A DNA stretch of 63,557 nucleotides, the filler included, from Welwitschia mirabilis (Eukaryota): assembly GCA_051453625.1 (NCBI GenBank). It is 6 parts of one record of this genome, joined end to end, with 100 filler letters (N's around TTAATTAATTAA, not from the genome) between each part and the next. Parts side by side here need not be neighbours in the genome. Positions count along the whole stretch, not along the records: positions 1 to 20,127 come from JBOZIK010000001.1; positions 20,228 to 27,923 come from JBOZIK010000001.1; 4 more parts are not named here. The stretch is one strand, 5' to 3'. A program made the position numbers and the translations under genes. Shown here in pieces: positions 13,035 through 27,089 of the stretch. Positions within the stretch are counted from its first letter, which is position 1; every line of letters starts with the position of its first letter. The notes under the pieces were generated by a model. That model ran no database searches and had not been told where the DNA came from. It worked only from the letters and a program-made list of their open reading frames with translations.

Positions 13035-16000
13035 TGTTCCCTCTCTAAAATATGCAATGCATCCTGAATTGCCTAATCATGAGAAAAGAAATGGATAAAA
13101 ATGAAAAAAATTTAAACACTATGTATGTAGTAGGCCCCACAAAAAGTAAAAAAATCAAAGCATTCAAATGAGAATTTTGATTTGATAAAGTCATAGATCA
13201 CATCATACTAATTAATTTTGCCTAAAGGACCACTATGATTTAACTTATAATTTGCGAGAAATTAACTGCGAAAGTAAAAACCTGAAAATACCTTGTAATA
13301 CATAAAAGTAATCATAACTCAAAAAAAATGTAGTGAAATTCAAATCTGTAAGTCCCAAATGAAGAGCACGACAAACTAATTGATATACATCAAAACTACA
13401 CATTGAAAGCCTAAAAAACACGAGAAAAAAAGAAAAATGAGGAGGAGACAGAAACATACCTCATTTTTATGAATTTGAAGAAATCTTGTAAATCTGGCAA
13501 CGAAATCAGACAGGAAAAGTCCTACAATGCTAGTACTAGCTAGAGGGGTCATCATCTCTCAAAAAAACGAAGAAAAATGGTGAGAAAATGAGTGAAAATG
13601 AGGAGAAAAGGGTTTGGGCAATACTTTTATCACATTGTCATCTGTTCATGTCATCCAGACGATAGTCCTAAGATGACTGACAGTAAAAATTAGACTATCA
13701 TCTGTCACTGTGTCATCTGGATGATAATGAGGATGACGGAGTACAAAAAAAGTTTTTAAGAAAAAATCAACAGCCATGAAAGTTAGGCTCAGATAGAATC
13801 GTTGAAGTAACAGTTCCGAAAAGGAAAAAGACATAATCTTAAAAAGCACACAAAAAATATGAGGGAAAAAAATCAAAGGAAGAAGGATAGGAACGCACAA
13901 AAAGAAAAACTATGGCTAAAGAAAATAGACTATCTAGGTTGAAAAGCTACAATAAAGATTGGATGAATGTGTTCAAATAGAAAATATAATAGCATGATAG
14001 TCTTAGAACTCAATAACCTACAAGGGAACTCATGAATATTGTGGAAATGATATTATTTTTATGAAAAATCATTTTGAAAACAAATGATTGATAGCAACAG
14101 AACTATTAAATGATCAAGGTCCTAAGAAGAAATAAGAAAATGCAGAAATGAATTTAAAACAATAGACTCAAAAATTAAAGAAAACCAGGGTGAAAATAAA
14201 CACAAGGAACAGGGAGTAGATTATTTACCTATCCTAAGTACTAACCTAGTAAACTCCCAAGGAAAACATTATAAAGTCACTTGAGTAAATATACATAATA
14301 AAATATATATACTTCATAAANNNNNNNNNNNNNNNNNNNNNNNNNNNNNNNNNNNNNNNNNNNNNNNNNNNNNNNNNNNNNNNNNNNNNNNNNNNNNNNN
14401 NNNNNNNNNNNNNNNNNNNNNNNNNNNNNNNNNNNNNNNNNNNNNNNNNNNNNNNNNNNNNNNNNNNNNNNNNNNNNNNNNNNNNNNNNNNNNNNNNNNN
14501 NNNNNNNNNNNNNNNNNNNNNNNNNNNNNNNNNNNNNNNNNNNNNNNNNNNNNNNNNNNNNNNNNNNNNNNNNNNNNNNNNNNNNNNNNNNNNNNNNNNN
14601 NNNNNNNNNNNNNNNNNNNNNNNNNNNNNNNNNNNNNNNNNNNNNNNNNNNNNNNNNNNNNNNNNNNNNNNNNNNNNNNNNNNNNNNNNNNNNNNNNNNN
14701 NNNNNNNNNNNNNNNNNNNNNNNNNNNNNNNNNNNNNNNNNNNNNNNNNNNNNNNNNNNNNNNNNNNNNNNNNNNNNNNNNNNNNNNNNNNNNNNNNNNN
14801 NNNNNNNNNNNNNNNNNNNNNNNNNNNNNNNNNNNNNNNNNNNNNNNNNNNNNNNNNNNNNNNNNNNNNNNNNNNNNNNNNNNNNNNNNNNNNNNNNNNN
14901 NNNNNNNNNNNNNNNNNNNNNNNNNNNNNNNNNNNNNNNNNNNNNNNNNNNNNNNNNNNNNNNNNNNNNNNNNNNNNNNNNNNNNNNNNNNNNNNNNNNN
15001 NNNNNNNNNNNNNNNNNNNNNNNNNNNNNNNNNNNNNNNNNNNNNNNNNNNNNNNNNNNNNNNNNNNNNNNNNNNNNNNNNNNNNNNNNNNNNNNNNNNN
15101 NNNNNNNNNNNNNNNNNNNNNNNNNNNNNNNNNNNNNNNNNNNNNNNNNNNNNNNNNNNNNNNNNNNNNNNNNNNNNNNNNNNNNNNNNNNNNNNNNNNN
15201 NNNNNNNNNNNNNNNNNNNNNNNNNNNNNNNNATCCAAAGTTTCAAGTGTGTAGAACAATGAATGTCAAAATCAAAAGTTAGTTAGAAATGAACTCACCT
15301 GCTTCCATCTCACAAACTCACTGAAATCTCTAAAAGTGAAATGATCAAGTGGGAATACTAAGAGTCTAGGAAATAAGCAATACCTCTTATCACACCAGGA
15401 ACATCACTAATCCCTAACCTTAAAGTGTTTATTTCTTTTATTATGATGAGAGGAGTAAAGCCACTGTCAGAGGAGTAAGGACCCATAAAGCATAGCTAAC
15501 TCACCCCCCTGTGGAGTCCCACAGCTACCATATTACACTGTCAAAAGCTTTTCTCAAAAATATTTTCCCCAGGGNNNNNNNNNNTCATGGCCTTTATTTC
15601 ATACTCTTTTTTTTAACCCAAATTCCCACATAATCATACACTCAAAAAAGAGAAAGATGAATAAGTGAGATAAAGGATAGAAAAGAACACTTCCAAATAA
15701 TCTAAGATTTAAACACCATTAAAAAAAATACAAGAAACTAATGCATATTTTTTAAATAAAGTCCATAGATATGGGAGTGTCTCAAGATTGAGTAAATCCA
15801 ATCTTACCACTTGTAAATGCCTAAGTATAAAACAAATCATGATATTTCGGAAAGTAATACAAAAGTTAAGTTTGAAAGATAATTAATAAAATCATGATAT
15901 TTAAACAAAGGAGTAGGCTAAGAAAGAACTTAGACAATGATAGGGAGAAAGTCCTTCTTATTGAGGGAAACCTCCAAAACAAGACCTTCTACCATGTTCA

Positions 16001-19000
16001 CGGTTGCATCTAAAGATCCATCATAGAATTTCAATCATTGCTCATTAACATTCTAAATTTCTTTAGTTTTTAAATCTAAAATCTCAAATGAACCATTAAA
16101 ATGTACTTTCTTTACAAGATAAGAACCTAACCATTTAGAGATCAACTTGTTATTCAAAAGGTGAACTCTAGTGTTATACAATAAAATAAATTAACCAGAT
16201 TCAAACTTTTTATGAAAAATTCTTTTATCATATTTGAAATTTGCTTGGCATTTATAAATTAATTGACAATGTATGGCACTAGTTTTTTTTTTTTTGTTAA
16301 GATGATCTAATTGAGTTAATCTATACTTAAGATTTTCATCAAGATCTACAAGATTTAGTTAATGAGATGTATGATAAGAATTGTAATATACATCAACCGA
16401 TAAGACACAAAATTTATCGTAAACAAGTTTGTAAGGTAAAAAAACTAAGACAAGTACACCAAGTATTATGGTAGGGCCCAAGTACACTATTAATCTTAGA
16501 AGACTAAGTCTTTTTATTAACAGAGACAAGTTTTTAAAGCATGTTTTTTATTTCTCTGTTAGCATTTTCAGCTTATCCATTTGTGTGAGGATGATAAACA
16601 TAAGCTATTCTATGTTCAATACCAATGGACAAAAGAAGTTTCTTAAAAAGTGAATTTATGAAATGAGTACCCTGATCATTAATGATCACTCTAGGAAAAC
16701 CAAACTTTTGAAAAATATAAGATCTAAGAAAATGACAGATAGTTTGGGAATCATTCAAAGAAGTAGGTATGGCTTTAACCCATTTAGTCACATAATCAAC
16801 AGTCACTAAAATGTAATTTTTATTAAAAGAAGGTGGGTGAATAAGGCTTATGAAATTAATATCCCAATAATCAAGAGGCTCACACTCAAGACTAGGTCTA
16901 AGGGGAATTTCCTGTAAATGAACAAGACTACCAAAACACTAATAGGAATTACACCTTCTAATAAAATCAAATAAATCACAAAAAAGAGAAGGCTAATAAA
17001 AACTAGAATAAAGAATTTTCATGACCGTTTTATGTTTACTAAAATGTCCTTTACAAACACCACTATGACAAAGATGAAGAATATCAGGTATTTCCTAATC
17101 AGGCATACATTTTATCATAATCTGATCTTTGCACCTACGATACAAATATGGCTTGATCCACTCATAATTACCTATATAATTGAGAAAATATTTACATTGG
17201 TGATAGATCCAATGTTGCAGTATTTTTATGGTTACAAGATAGTTAATAATGTCAACATACCATAGAGGAGGATGAGAAGAAAAAATAGTGAAAAGCTATT
17301 CATTAGGAAAGGAATCATTAATGAGAATGTCATCTGGAGGAAAAGAAAGTCGAGACAAATGATCGGCCATAAAATTGTACTTCCTTACTTTATCTATAAT
17401 GGTCAAATTAAATTCTTGCATAAGAAGGATCCATCTAATCAAATGGGCACTAAAATCTTTCTTAGTCATGAGGTAACAAATGGCAGCATGGTTAGTATAA
17501 ACATTCATGTGAAAGCATAAAAGATAGTATTTAAGAGAATCCAGGTTAAAGATAATGGCAAACATTTCTTTTTCTATAGTGGTGTAATTTATCTGAGCTT
17601 TAGACAATAACTTACTATAGCAAGATATAACTTTAAAATCATTCTCATACTTTTGGCAAAGAACCCCACCCATGGCAAAGTTACTAGCATCACACATAAG
17701 CTCAAAGTCAAGTGTCCAATTATGTTCCCTTACTATAGGAGCATAAGAAAATCTACGTTTAAGCATATCAAAAGCAAGTTGATAAGATTTATTCCATTTG
17801 AATTTGGAATCTTTCTCTAATAAGGAGTGAAGTGGTTTACAAATAGAAGCATAATCATGAATGAATCGATGGTAAAAATCACAATGACTAAGAAAAAATC
17901 GGATCTATTTAACATTTGTAGGGGGACTAAGATTTTAAACAATACCAACTTTAGAAGCATCCATTTTAATCCCCTCCTAAGAAATATGATGACCTAAAAC
18001 CATGCCACTCTCTATAAGAAAATGACTCTTTTTCTAACTCAAGTGGAGGCCACTAGAAATGCATAGATCTAAGACTTTTCCTAAACTATCTAAGATTTCT
18101 TTAAAAGTTTCAGCATAGATAAAGAAGTCATCCATGAAAATCTCAATGGAATCCTCAAGCATATCAAAAAAAGATACTCATCATAGCATGCTGAAAAGTA
18201 CTGGGAGAATTGCAAAGTCTAAAAGACATGCATCTAAAGGCAAAGGTACCAAAAGGAGAAGTGAAGGTAGTTTTAGCTTGGTCCTCAATAGCAATGTAAA
18301 CTTAATTGTAACGTCTATAAACATCAAGGAAATAGTAAAAAACATGACCCTAAATCTTATCAAGAATTTGATTGAGAAAAGGTAAAGGATAGTGGTCATT
18401 TTTAGTTACCTCATTTAGTTTTCAGAAATCTATGTACATATGCCATTTCCCACCCTTTTTAGGTACTACTATCAAGGGGCTAACTCACTCACTATTAGTA
18501 ATGGAGTAAATGATTCCAACATCCATAAGTTTTATGATTTCATCTTTTAAAATTTTCTTTAGGGCTAGATTAAGTCTATGTTAGGGTTTCATTATAGGTT
18601 TAGCATTTTCTTTGAGGTAGATTTTGTGTTACATAATGAAAGTGGATATGGCTAATAGATCATTATGGGACTAAGCAAACACTTAAACCTTTAATTCTAA
18701 ATGATAAATAAGATCAAATTCTTATTGAGGTAAAAAGTTTTTGTTGATAATTAATGATTTATTTAGATCTCTATTCTGAAAAATGTACTTTAGTCCACTA
18801 TTTAAAGGTTTTGGGTTTAGGTTTAGGTTCATACTTTTAGCTTTTGAAAAATTTTCAGAAAAGTTGGATGTCATCTCAGACTATCATTTGGACGTCAAAA
18901 GTGGGCGACCGATTAGATTAGAAAACTCAATTGGTAGATGGTCAAACTTAAATTGATTATTAAGCATATAAAAGTAGTCTACTTCTGATTTATCATCAAA

Positions 19001-20127
19001 CAAGGTTAGCTCATGAAGCATGGACCATCTCTCTTCAAATGGATGGTGCTGTAAAAATAGGGTTGATTTTATTTCTTCCTCTAAACTTAAATCATTGCCT
19101 AAATCTTTTTTGGCCATATCAAATACTCTTATTGAAATTTATTTGTTTCTAAAATGGCACTTTATCAATTTGGTTCTTGTATCTATTATGCAATAGGCTA
19201 TTGCACAAAAGCTCTACCTAGAAGTAGGGGACATCCACCATGGTGCTCAACTTTTAAAACAACTACATTGATGGGGTAGAAGTCTTCCTCCATCTGAATG
19301 ATTAAGTCCTTGATCATACTTAATAGTTTTTTAACAGATGTATTGGCTAATTCCAAGATAATTCATGTAGGTTCTACTCTTTCTTCCAACCCAAGATGTT
19401 GACAAATGTGTAAGGGAATAATGTTGACACTAGCTCCTATATCAATTAAGGCTTTCTTAATTCTATGGTTCCTCTCTAAAGTAATACTAATGATTGCTGC
19501 CCCTGGATCTTTAAACTTTGGACATTTTTTGTATATCAAGTTGCTAACAGATTGAGCAAGGAAGAATTTACTAGGAATGGTTTTTTTTTGTTTTCTTCTT
19601 ATTAGGTCTTTCCATAGTTTAGAGTATCTTGAATTTTCTTATAAAATTTTTTAAAAAGATAAGTTAATGCTTACATTTTGCATTAATGCTTTCAAATAAT
19701 TATCAAAGATGGGGTTTNNNNNNNNNNNNNNNNNNNNNNNNNNNNNNNNNNNNNNNNNNNNNNNNNNNNNNNNNNNNNNNNNNNNNNNNNNNNNNNNNNN
19801 NNNNNNNNNNNNNNNNNTCAAAGATGGGGTTTGTATTTAGCCTATCTAATATTTGGGTGATAAGTTTCTTTTATAAAGAATCTTTTTTTTTGTTGCTAAG
19901 TGAGAAAGGAAAGAAATGGTTTTCTAAGATTTCTATGTCCTCTTCCTTATCATTTTTTTCACTTTGGGAAGTTGAAGCCTCATGGGTAGGAATATTGTAT
20001 CATTTCCACTTCTTCTCATCATCTTACAATCCTTTCTCACTTTATTAGGATTCGGTAAGGGTTGAATGACAAGAAACCCTTGTGGTCTTTGATTAGTAAG
20101 CATGGGTTGTTGTAAAATACTCATAAG
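13035..20127 (-). mobile_element. Athila-type Gypsy element B (pol-bearing, degenerate, truncated by gaps), same family as element A
   Basis: 13035-13075, 14215-14320, 15233-15850 and 19150-19990 align with element A at 1408-1450, 1575-1680, 1700-2290 and 2560-3280. Confidence 0.85.
16020..19700 (-). pseudogene. Gypsy pol remnant (protease-RT-RNase H-integrase) with many stops and frameshifts
   Basis: PR ALIDIGASVN (~19423-19452); RT EIFMDDFFIYA (~18112-18144); RNase H FELMCDASNFAMGGVL...NYTTIEKEM (ORF 17296-17766); INT VDYVTKWVKA...FGFPRVIINDQGTHF...YHPHTNG (ORF 16573-16806). Domain order is Gypsy. Confidence 0.92.
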
Positions 20128-20227
20128 NNNNNNNNNNNNNNNNNNNNNNNNNNNNNNNNNNNNNNNNNNNNTTAATTAATTAANNNNNNNNNNNNNNNNN
20201 NNNNNNNNNNNNNNNNNNNNNNNNNNN
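20128..20227. other. Artificial contig-join spacer (also at 27924-28023, 33604-33703, 56034-56133, 60182-60281)
   Basis: 44 N + TTAATTAATTAA (stops in all six frames) + 44 N, identical at five sites. Confidence 0.95.
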
Positions 20228-20228
20228 A

Positions 20229-21482
20229 ATGTTTTTAGCCTGTGTAGCCTTTAAGGACTTCAAAGTTTATCAAATGGATGTAAAGAGTGCTTTTCTGAAT
20301 GGATCATTAATTAAAGAAGTTTATATTGAACAACCACAAGGTTTTATTGATCCTTACAAATCTGATCATGTGTGTAGGCTTAAGAAAGATTTATATGGAT
20401 CAAAACAAGCTCCAAGAGCATGGTATGAAAAGTTAGTTACCTTTTTAAATGACAATGGATATGTTCGAGGAACAGTAGACAAAACTTTATTTGTAAAGAA
20501 ATTGAAAAATGATTTCATTATTATACAGATCTATGTAGATGATATTATTTTTGGTGCTTCAAATGAAAAGTTGTCAAAATAATTTGTAAACATTATGACA
20601 AATCAATTTGAAATGAGTATGCTTGGTGAAGTTAAAATATTTCTTGGACTTCAGATTAAGTAATCTAAAGAGGAAATATTTATCTCTCAATCCAAATATG
20701 CAAGAGATTTGATCAAACGATTTGGTTTAGATAATGCAAAGACAGTTGATGCTCCTATGTCTACATCATGTAAAATAAGCTTGAATGAAAATGGTAAATC
20801 AGTAGATCAGAAAATTTACAAAAGCATGATTGGTAGTTTATTGTATTTGATTGCAAGTAGACTAGATATCATGTTCAGTATTGGAGTGTATTTAAGATAT
20901 CAATCCAATCTAAAAGAATCACATTTTCAAGTAGTAAAAAGGATAATCGGGTATATAAAAGGCACATGTGATTATGGCTTATGGTATCCCAACGAAACAT
21001 CTTTCAATCTTGTAGGTTTCAGTAATGCAGATTGGGTTAGATGCAAAGATGATAGAAAAAGAACAAGTAGAAACTACTTTCTTCTAGGTTCATGTCTAGT
21101 AGGATGGGCAAGTAAGAAATAAAACTCTATTTCTCTCTCTACTGCAAAAGCCGAATATATTGTTGTAGGAAGTTGTTGCACTCACCTTTTATGGATGAAA
21201 GAAATGCTGAAATATTTTGGTGCTATTTTTAAACAAGTTCCTATTTTTTATGACAATATAAGTGCTATTAATATATCTAAAAACCCGGTTCAGCACTTAA
21301 GAATAAAGCATATTGAACTTAGACATCATTTCCTTCGAGATCAAGTTGAAAAAAGACATATTTCTATGAATTTTATGACTACAGACAAACAATTAGTAGA
21401 CAGTTTTACTAAACCCCTAAATTTTGATACTTTTATTCGTCTCAAATACGAACTAGGGGTTCTCTTACCATCCTATAGTTAA
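20229..21482 (+). pseudogene. Copia RT/RNase H remnant
   Basis: ORFs 20229-20582, 20709-21122 and 21195-21482 are in the same frame and separated by premature stops. Confidence 0.9.
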
Positions 21483-23440
21483 TAGTAGGATGGTCGACCG
21501 AACTGGTAATTCGGTCAACTAGAATAGGTCGGTTGACCGGTATTATACTCGGTCGCCTAGACTTTTAAAGTTCTGTAGCTGTTACAGTAGCAAAACAAAA
21601 GATTGTCATCTATTTTTTCATTTTTGTTTTGATCTATTGATAATTTTTGTGGAATTTTATCTATGATTTTTGAATATTTCGATGTTTTATTTTGTCTTAT
21701 GAACTNNNNNNNNNNNNNNNNNNNNNNNNNNNNNNNNNNNNNNNNNNNNNNNNNNNNNNNNNNNNNNNNNNNNNNNNNNNNNNNNNNNNNNNNNNNNNNN
21801 NNNNNNNNNNNNNNNNNNNNNNNNNNNNNNNNNNNNNNNNNNNNNNNNNNNNNNNNNNNNNNNNNNNNNNNNNNNNNNNNNNNNNNNNNNNNNNNNNNNN
21901 NNNNNNNNNNNNNNNNNNNNNNNNNNNNNNNNNNNNNNNNNNNNNNNNNNNNNNNNNNNNNNNNNNNNNNNNNNNNNNNNNNNNNNNNNNNNNNNNNNNN
22001 NNNNNNNNNNNNNNNNNNNNNNNNNNNNNNNNNNNNNNNNNNNNNNNNNNNNNNNNNNNNNNNNNNNNNNNNNNNNNNNNNNNNNNNNNNNNNNNNNNNN
22101 NNNNNNNNNNNNNNNNNNNNNNNNNNNNNNNNNNNNNNNNNNNNNNNNNNNNNNNNNNNNNNNNNNNNNNNNNNNNNNNNNNNNNNNNNNNNNNNNNNNN
22201 NNNNNNNNNNNNNNNNNNNNNNNNNNNNNNNNNNNNNNNNNNNNNNNNNNNNNNNNNNNNNNNNNNNNNNNNNNNNNNNNNNNNNNNNNNNNNNNNNNNN
22301 NNNNNNNAACTAGAGTACCATAGAACTAGGGCTTTACACTACTCTATGCTTATCACTAGTATTTATTGCTATTTTTGTATTAACCTCTATCCTAACTTGG
22401 AAATGCTTTAGCCGATGTCATCCATTGGGTATGCAACCTTGTCTCACATACATATCTTTTTCCCCTCAAAGAAACTCCAAAGGAAGCATTTCCTGATAAG
22501 AATCTTTCATATTTGAAATAGATTAACTCCCATACTAGACACATGAAAGAAGCCCTAATTGCTATGGATATGACACTGCAGATATCTTAGCAGAGGCTAT
22601 CAGTTCAACATGCATTAGAGGAGATGAGGAAAAAGAAGAGGAAGACTCTAAAGAGGAGGAGAAAGAAGAAGAAAAGGAATCTGATTAAAATATGTTGCTT
22701 TTCATATTATGTTTGGTGTTCTCTCTTTTTCTTTTAGGGAGATTTAGTTGTGCTTATATGTTAAATCTTCAGTTGTATGCTCTTAATAAGAACTTATTTA
22801 CCTTGTAATCCTTGCATGTTAGGTTTGTAATGCTTTACTCATAATGCAAATCAGTTAACTATTTTAGCACAATCTTTGTATCATTTTACATCATTTAGTA
22901 TATCTCATTCTGGTAGTGTGATATTATATATGCCTATTTTGAAAAGCTTAAAATTAATTTTAACATTTCAAAATAAATCAAAATATTGATGTCATCTAAT
23001 GATATTAGTATTATTAATCATATGTTAATTATAATTTTGCCTTTTCAATTCCCAAATTATGCATAATTAATTTGGTTACATTCAAAAAGTACAAAATATT
23101 ATTTGTTTAAATTACCTTAACTTGTTTCATACATGGATTATTAATATGGCATAATGTTAGGGGGAGAAAATTTGATATTTTTAGAAACATATTTAAGGTT
23201 TATATTTCTTTACCATTGATGTTAAAGGGGAGAGAATGTAGTATTTTTAAATGCATTAATTAAAAATGGTTCATTTTAGAAATATTTTATATACCCTGTA
23301 CTTAATGTTGTTTATATGGATTTGTGAAAAGGGGAGTTCTTATTATGATAATATGCTTTAAATTCATTTAGTGAAAGACCTTAAAATTATTTGATTTTGA
23401 AATCACTTATTTGTTTACCATCAATGTCAAAGGGGAAGAT

Positions 23441-24326
23441 TGTTGGATTATATTTTGCCAATTGATGTCAAACTAATGTCTCTTGTATAGCAAATCTTGT
23501 ATATTTTGTGTAGAAGAGTTTGAGTTTTTACAGGTTGAAAGATGAAACTAATATATGCACCAGAAATCTATTTAGTTGGTTCTCCCTCCAGAGGGGTTGA
23601 CCAGATCCTAAAGGGGTTAACTGAACCTAAAGATGTTAAATGTAAATGGATTGCATCCAGAGGGGTCAACCGGATTTTGATGGAGTCAACCAGACGGTAG
23701 TCCCAGATCGAGAGATAAGGGGTCGACCGGACCCAGGATGGGGTCGATCGGACCCATATGAGGTCGACTAGACATGGAGACGTAAAAACCTGGGTAACCG
23801 AATCTTTCTCTCGGGCGACCTGTGTAATTCACGGCACCACATGAGGTCGATCGGACTTTTGTGGGCTCAACCGAATGATGCAGAAAAGAAATTTTTCTAA
23901 ACGTTATGTATCCATTATCTAGCCATTAGGTAGCCGTTTATAGCTGTAGGTGCAATTTAAAGGTACTATTTGAGAATGAATGATATTTTTGCTATTGAGG
24001 CATCATCGCATCACTATTTCGTTTGCTAAAGGTTATAGGTGAGCCTGGAATACCTAGTGGAGTAACAAAGATCCGAGATCAAGCTTAGGAAAAGCTGACC
24101 ATCGAGAGTAAAGTAGGGGAGTTTCCCGAACCACTATAAATCTGGCTTGCATCAAATTGGTAGTTTGTGTTTTTTTGTTTTCGATTCTTTACTTTTAATA
24201 TTTTATTATATTATGCATCCTAGATTAATTTAGGCAAGTTGTGGCTCAAATAGATTTGCTTCAGATTAATTGTTAAGTTTTTGAAAGAACCTATTCACCC
24301 CCCCTCTAGGGTTCTCGATCCTATCA
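23441..24326 (+). repeat. 3' LTR of SIRE element (886 bp)
   Basis: TGTTGG...CCTATCA termini, preceded by PPT AAAGGGGAAGAT; internal GGTCGACC/GGTCAACC repeats at 23590-23875. Confidence 0.85.
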
Positions 24327-24574
24327 CTATACTATTTTAGTGTTTTGTAGCTAGATAGCTCATTCGTAATCTTGTTGGTCTTCCTTTCAATGCTCCTTGC
24401 TTGTCCCTTTAATTTCATCAACTACGATTGTGAGGCTTTTGTAACTTCAAGTGTTTCGTTACACTTGGTCTAATCCTAAAATATTTCTTCTTCTTCTAGC
24501 ATGTTATCTGGAATGGATGTTCTTTGTCTATATTATGTTTTACTACATATAAAGGATTATGTATTTTAAGTGCA

Positions 24575-25062
24575 AAACAAACAACGTCGTTTTATTTTAT
24601 GTTAATCGAGTTAACAATTATTTAGTTTTGTTAACTTGCTAAAGTAAGGCAACTAGTTTCTGAATGCTTTGAGCTCTTAGTATCTATTGACTCTTTGATT
24701 CAACAATATGGTATAATTCATCACAATGGTTTTGAATGGATATGTCTTTCAAAAGTATATAATAAGACATTTTCCCCCTTTTATAAGGGTAAAAGGATTA
24801 TCCTCTTTCCACAATATTGAGTCTAGAGGTATAACACAAATGACATCATTTCATTTTTATGTTAAACGAGTTAACAATTGTTAAGTTAGTTTTGTTAACT
24901 TGCTAAAGTAAGGCAACTAGTTTCTAAATGCTTTAAGCTCTTGGTATCTATTGACTATTTGATTCTACAATATGGTCTAATTCATCACGATGGTTTTACA
25001 TGGATATGTCTTTCAAAAGCATATAATAAGACAAAGGACTATCTTCTTTCCACTATATTGGA
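24575..25062. repeat. Diverged tandem duplication (~260-bp unit)
   Basis: TTTTATGTTAAxCGAGTTAACAATT...GCTAAAGTAAGGCAACTAGTTTCT...ATAATAAGACA occurs at ~24595 and ~24855. Confidence 0.8.
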
Positions 25063-27089
25063 AATCTAAGAAATAAAATCTATCTTTGTTTTTTGCTTTT
25101 TGGGATAGCATTTATGTTGTCACAAAGCTGCAAAAAGGTTTTCATTGAAGCTAGTGATTATTGAAGTGAAGACATGAATGAGAAAGCATGCCCCTAGTAA
25201 ACTCATAAGCCACCAACCATGCTCTTAAAGAAGTGACTAAAGTGACATTTAGTGGTAACCACCATAGAACTATATTTTACAACATAGATGAGCTGCCATC
25301 TAAGGTCTTAAAAGAAGCTACTAGGGTGCCATTTAATGGTAACCACCATAGAACTCCATTTCACAACATAGAAAAAAGGATAGAAAATTTATTTTAAATG
25401 ATATTCTGATCCAAACTCTTTGTGGGGCTTTGTTTAGTGTCTAGGGTCCCCTTAGGGAACCTCCATGGAGTGAGCCTCCTCACATTTCGCCTTAGACATA
25501 GTTGTCGACAAAATGATTCAAGCTTTATCCCTCCGAAAGATAATGAAAAATCTTCAATTTTATTTTAGCTTCTAGCTTTTAAAACTATATTATTTTATTT
25601 TACTTTGAAGAAAATATAACCTAATAACTATTTGAATTTTTCTATTCTCCTAATATAAAGTATTAGGTAATAGTTTTTAATTAAAACATATTTTCTTATT
25701 TAATAATATTTTTGAGATACAACATCCTTTGCTTTCCATAAATTAACTTACTGGGCAAAAAAATAATCTAAGGTTACTTGTAGACTTCACGTGAAACGTC
25801 TTTGCATTATCAAATTTGTTGGTCTTCTGCAGTACATCGCATCAAATTCAGGTGCATCGGTCAGCGTTGTACAGTGCTGAACGACTCCAAAACTTAGCTG
25901 CGATTTCTGTTCTAACATTTGAAGCGAAATACAGATGTTCTTCGTATCGGGAAAACGACTACGGCTTTTCGCCAGGATTTGCTAACGCTGACTGTAAAAT
26001 TCTTGAGGAGGCATTAGATGCTTGAAATTGAAATCAACATATCCTTGAACACTCCTATAGGCACAATCCTTGTCCTCTTCCATTTGTGTTCGCAGTGTCC
26101 TGGTTCTGTACCTGAAGACAGAAAGCGCTTTTTTCATCCATTTCTTTGAGGAAAACGAGATATCTATCTATTTGGAAGGGGCTTCATTGGTAGTCAGGTT
26201 CCATTTCGTGAGTAGTCTGTTTCTGAACTTCTTTCAAGCATGTTTCTTCGGCTTTTGGAATTGTTATTTTATCATTCTCTTTCGTCCATCAATTTCTCCC
26301 CAGTCTCGTTTCGCTGGCATTTGTTTAACTTATAATGCAGTTCACCATTTTTTTGATTTTACTACTGCTTGCTTTCATCCGAATCTTGATTTTACTTTGC
26401 TTCATGCTTTGCAACGAATTAAAAACGTGTTACGTGTGTTTGGGTGATGTAAAAGAACAAAAGTCTTTTTATTCGTCCAATTTCATTGCAATCGGTTTTC
26501 CTTTTAGTGAACTTGACCTATTTTAGGTGCTTTAGTTTCCATAATGGACGTTATTTCCAACGCTGCAATTAACAATCCCGTAGGAAGCTTCCGAAAACAT
26601 GAATTCGATTGCAAGTATAAATCGATTTTATCAGTTCTTCATTTTCTATGAATATTCTTTGCTTTTTCTGACGAAGCATGGTCTTTTTTGGGAGGATTTC
26701 TTCTTTGCAACTCTGTACTGTAGAAATTCTCAAAAGATTTTAGAACACTTGTCTATCACCCATTCTCAAGATTTAAACTCTTTTCTGTCACATCTCCAAC
26801 GTGAGATTTGAAATTGCAGAAAGCTCAAAAGTTTGACCCTTGGACTTCAACGTATAAAATCAGATTTTTTTTGAAAAAAAAATTGAGCAGTATATGACAA
26901 AATAATTCACATTAGTGAGAGACGTAGCGGTAAGCAGACCAACCAAATCACAATATGCATCAACTCTAAAATGTTAACCTTTTATGTGCCTCATTTCTTT
27001 TAAAATTCAAAGGCTATATCCCTAGCTTTTCCAATAGTGTAATTGACAAGCAATATTACAAAATACAAATTAAAACATGCAATACCTTT

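Larger units (their letters stand above)
20228..24326 (+). mobile_element. SIRE/Maximus-type Copia, 3' half (RT-RH, env-like region, multi-PPT, 3' LTR)
   Basis: RT QMDVKSAFLNG and QIYVDDIIFG; RH NPVQHLRIKHIELRHHF. Long post-pol region with repeated A(G)GGGGAG tracts (~23158, 23225, 23328, 23429). LTR has GGTCGACC-type palindromes and a terminal ATTCACCCCCCCTCTAG. Confidence 0.88.

Noticed and set aside
20172-20183. Recurrent TTAATTAATTAA motif between N runs
   Set aside because: Artificial six-frame-stop scaffolding spacer, always centred in exactly 100 bp.
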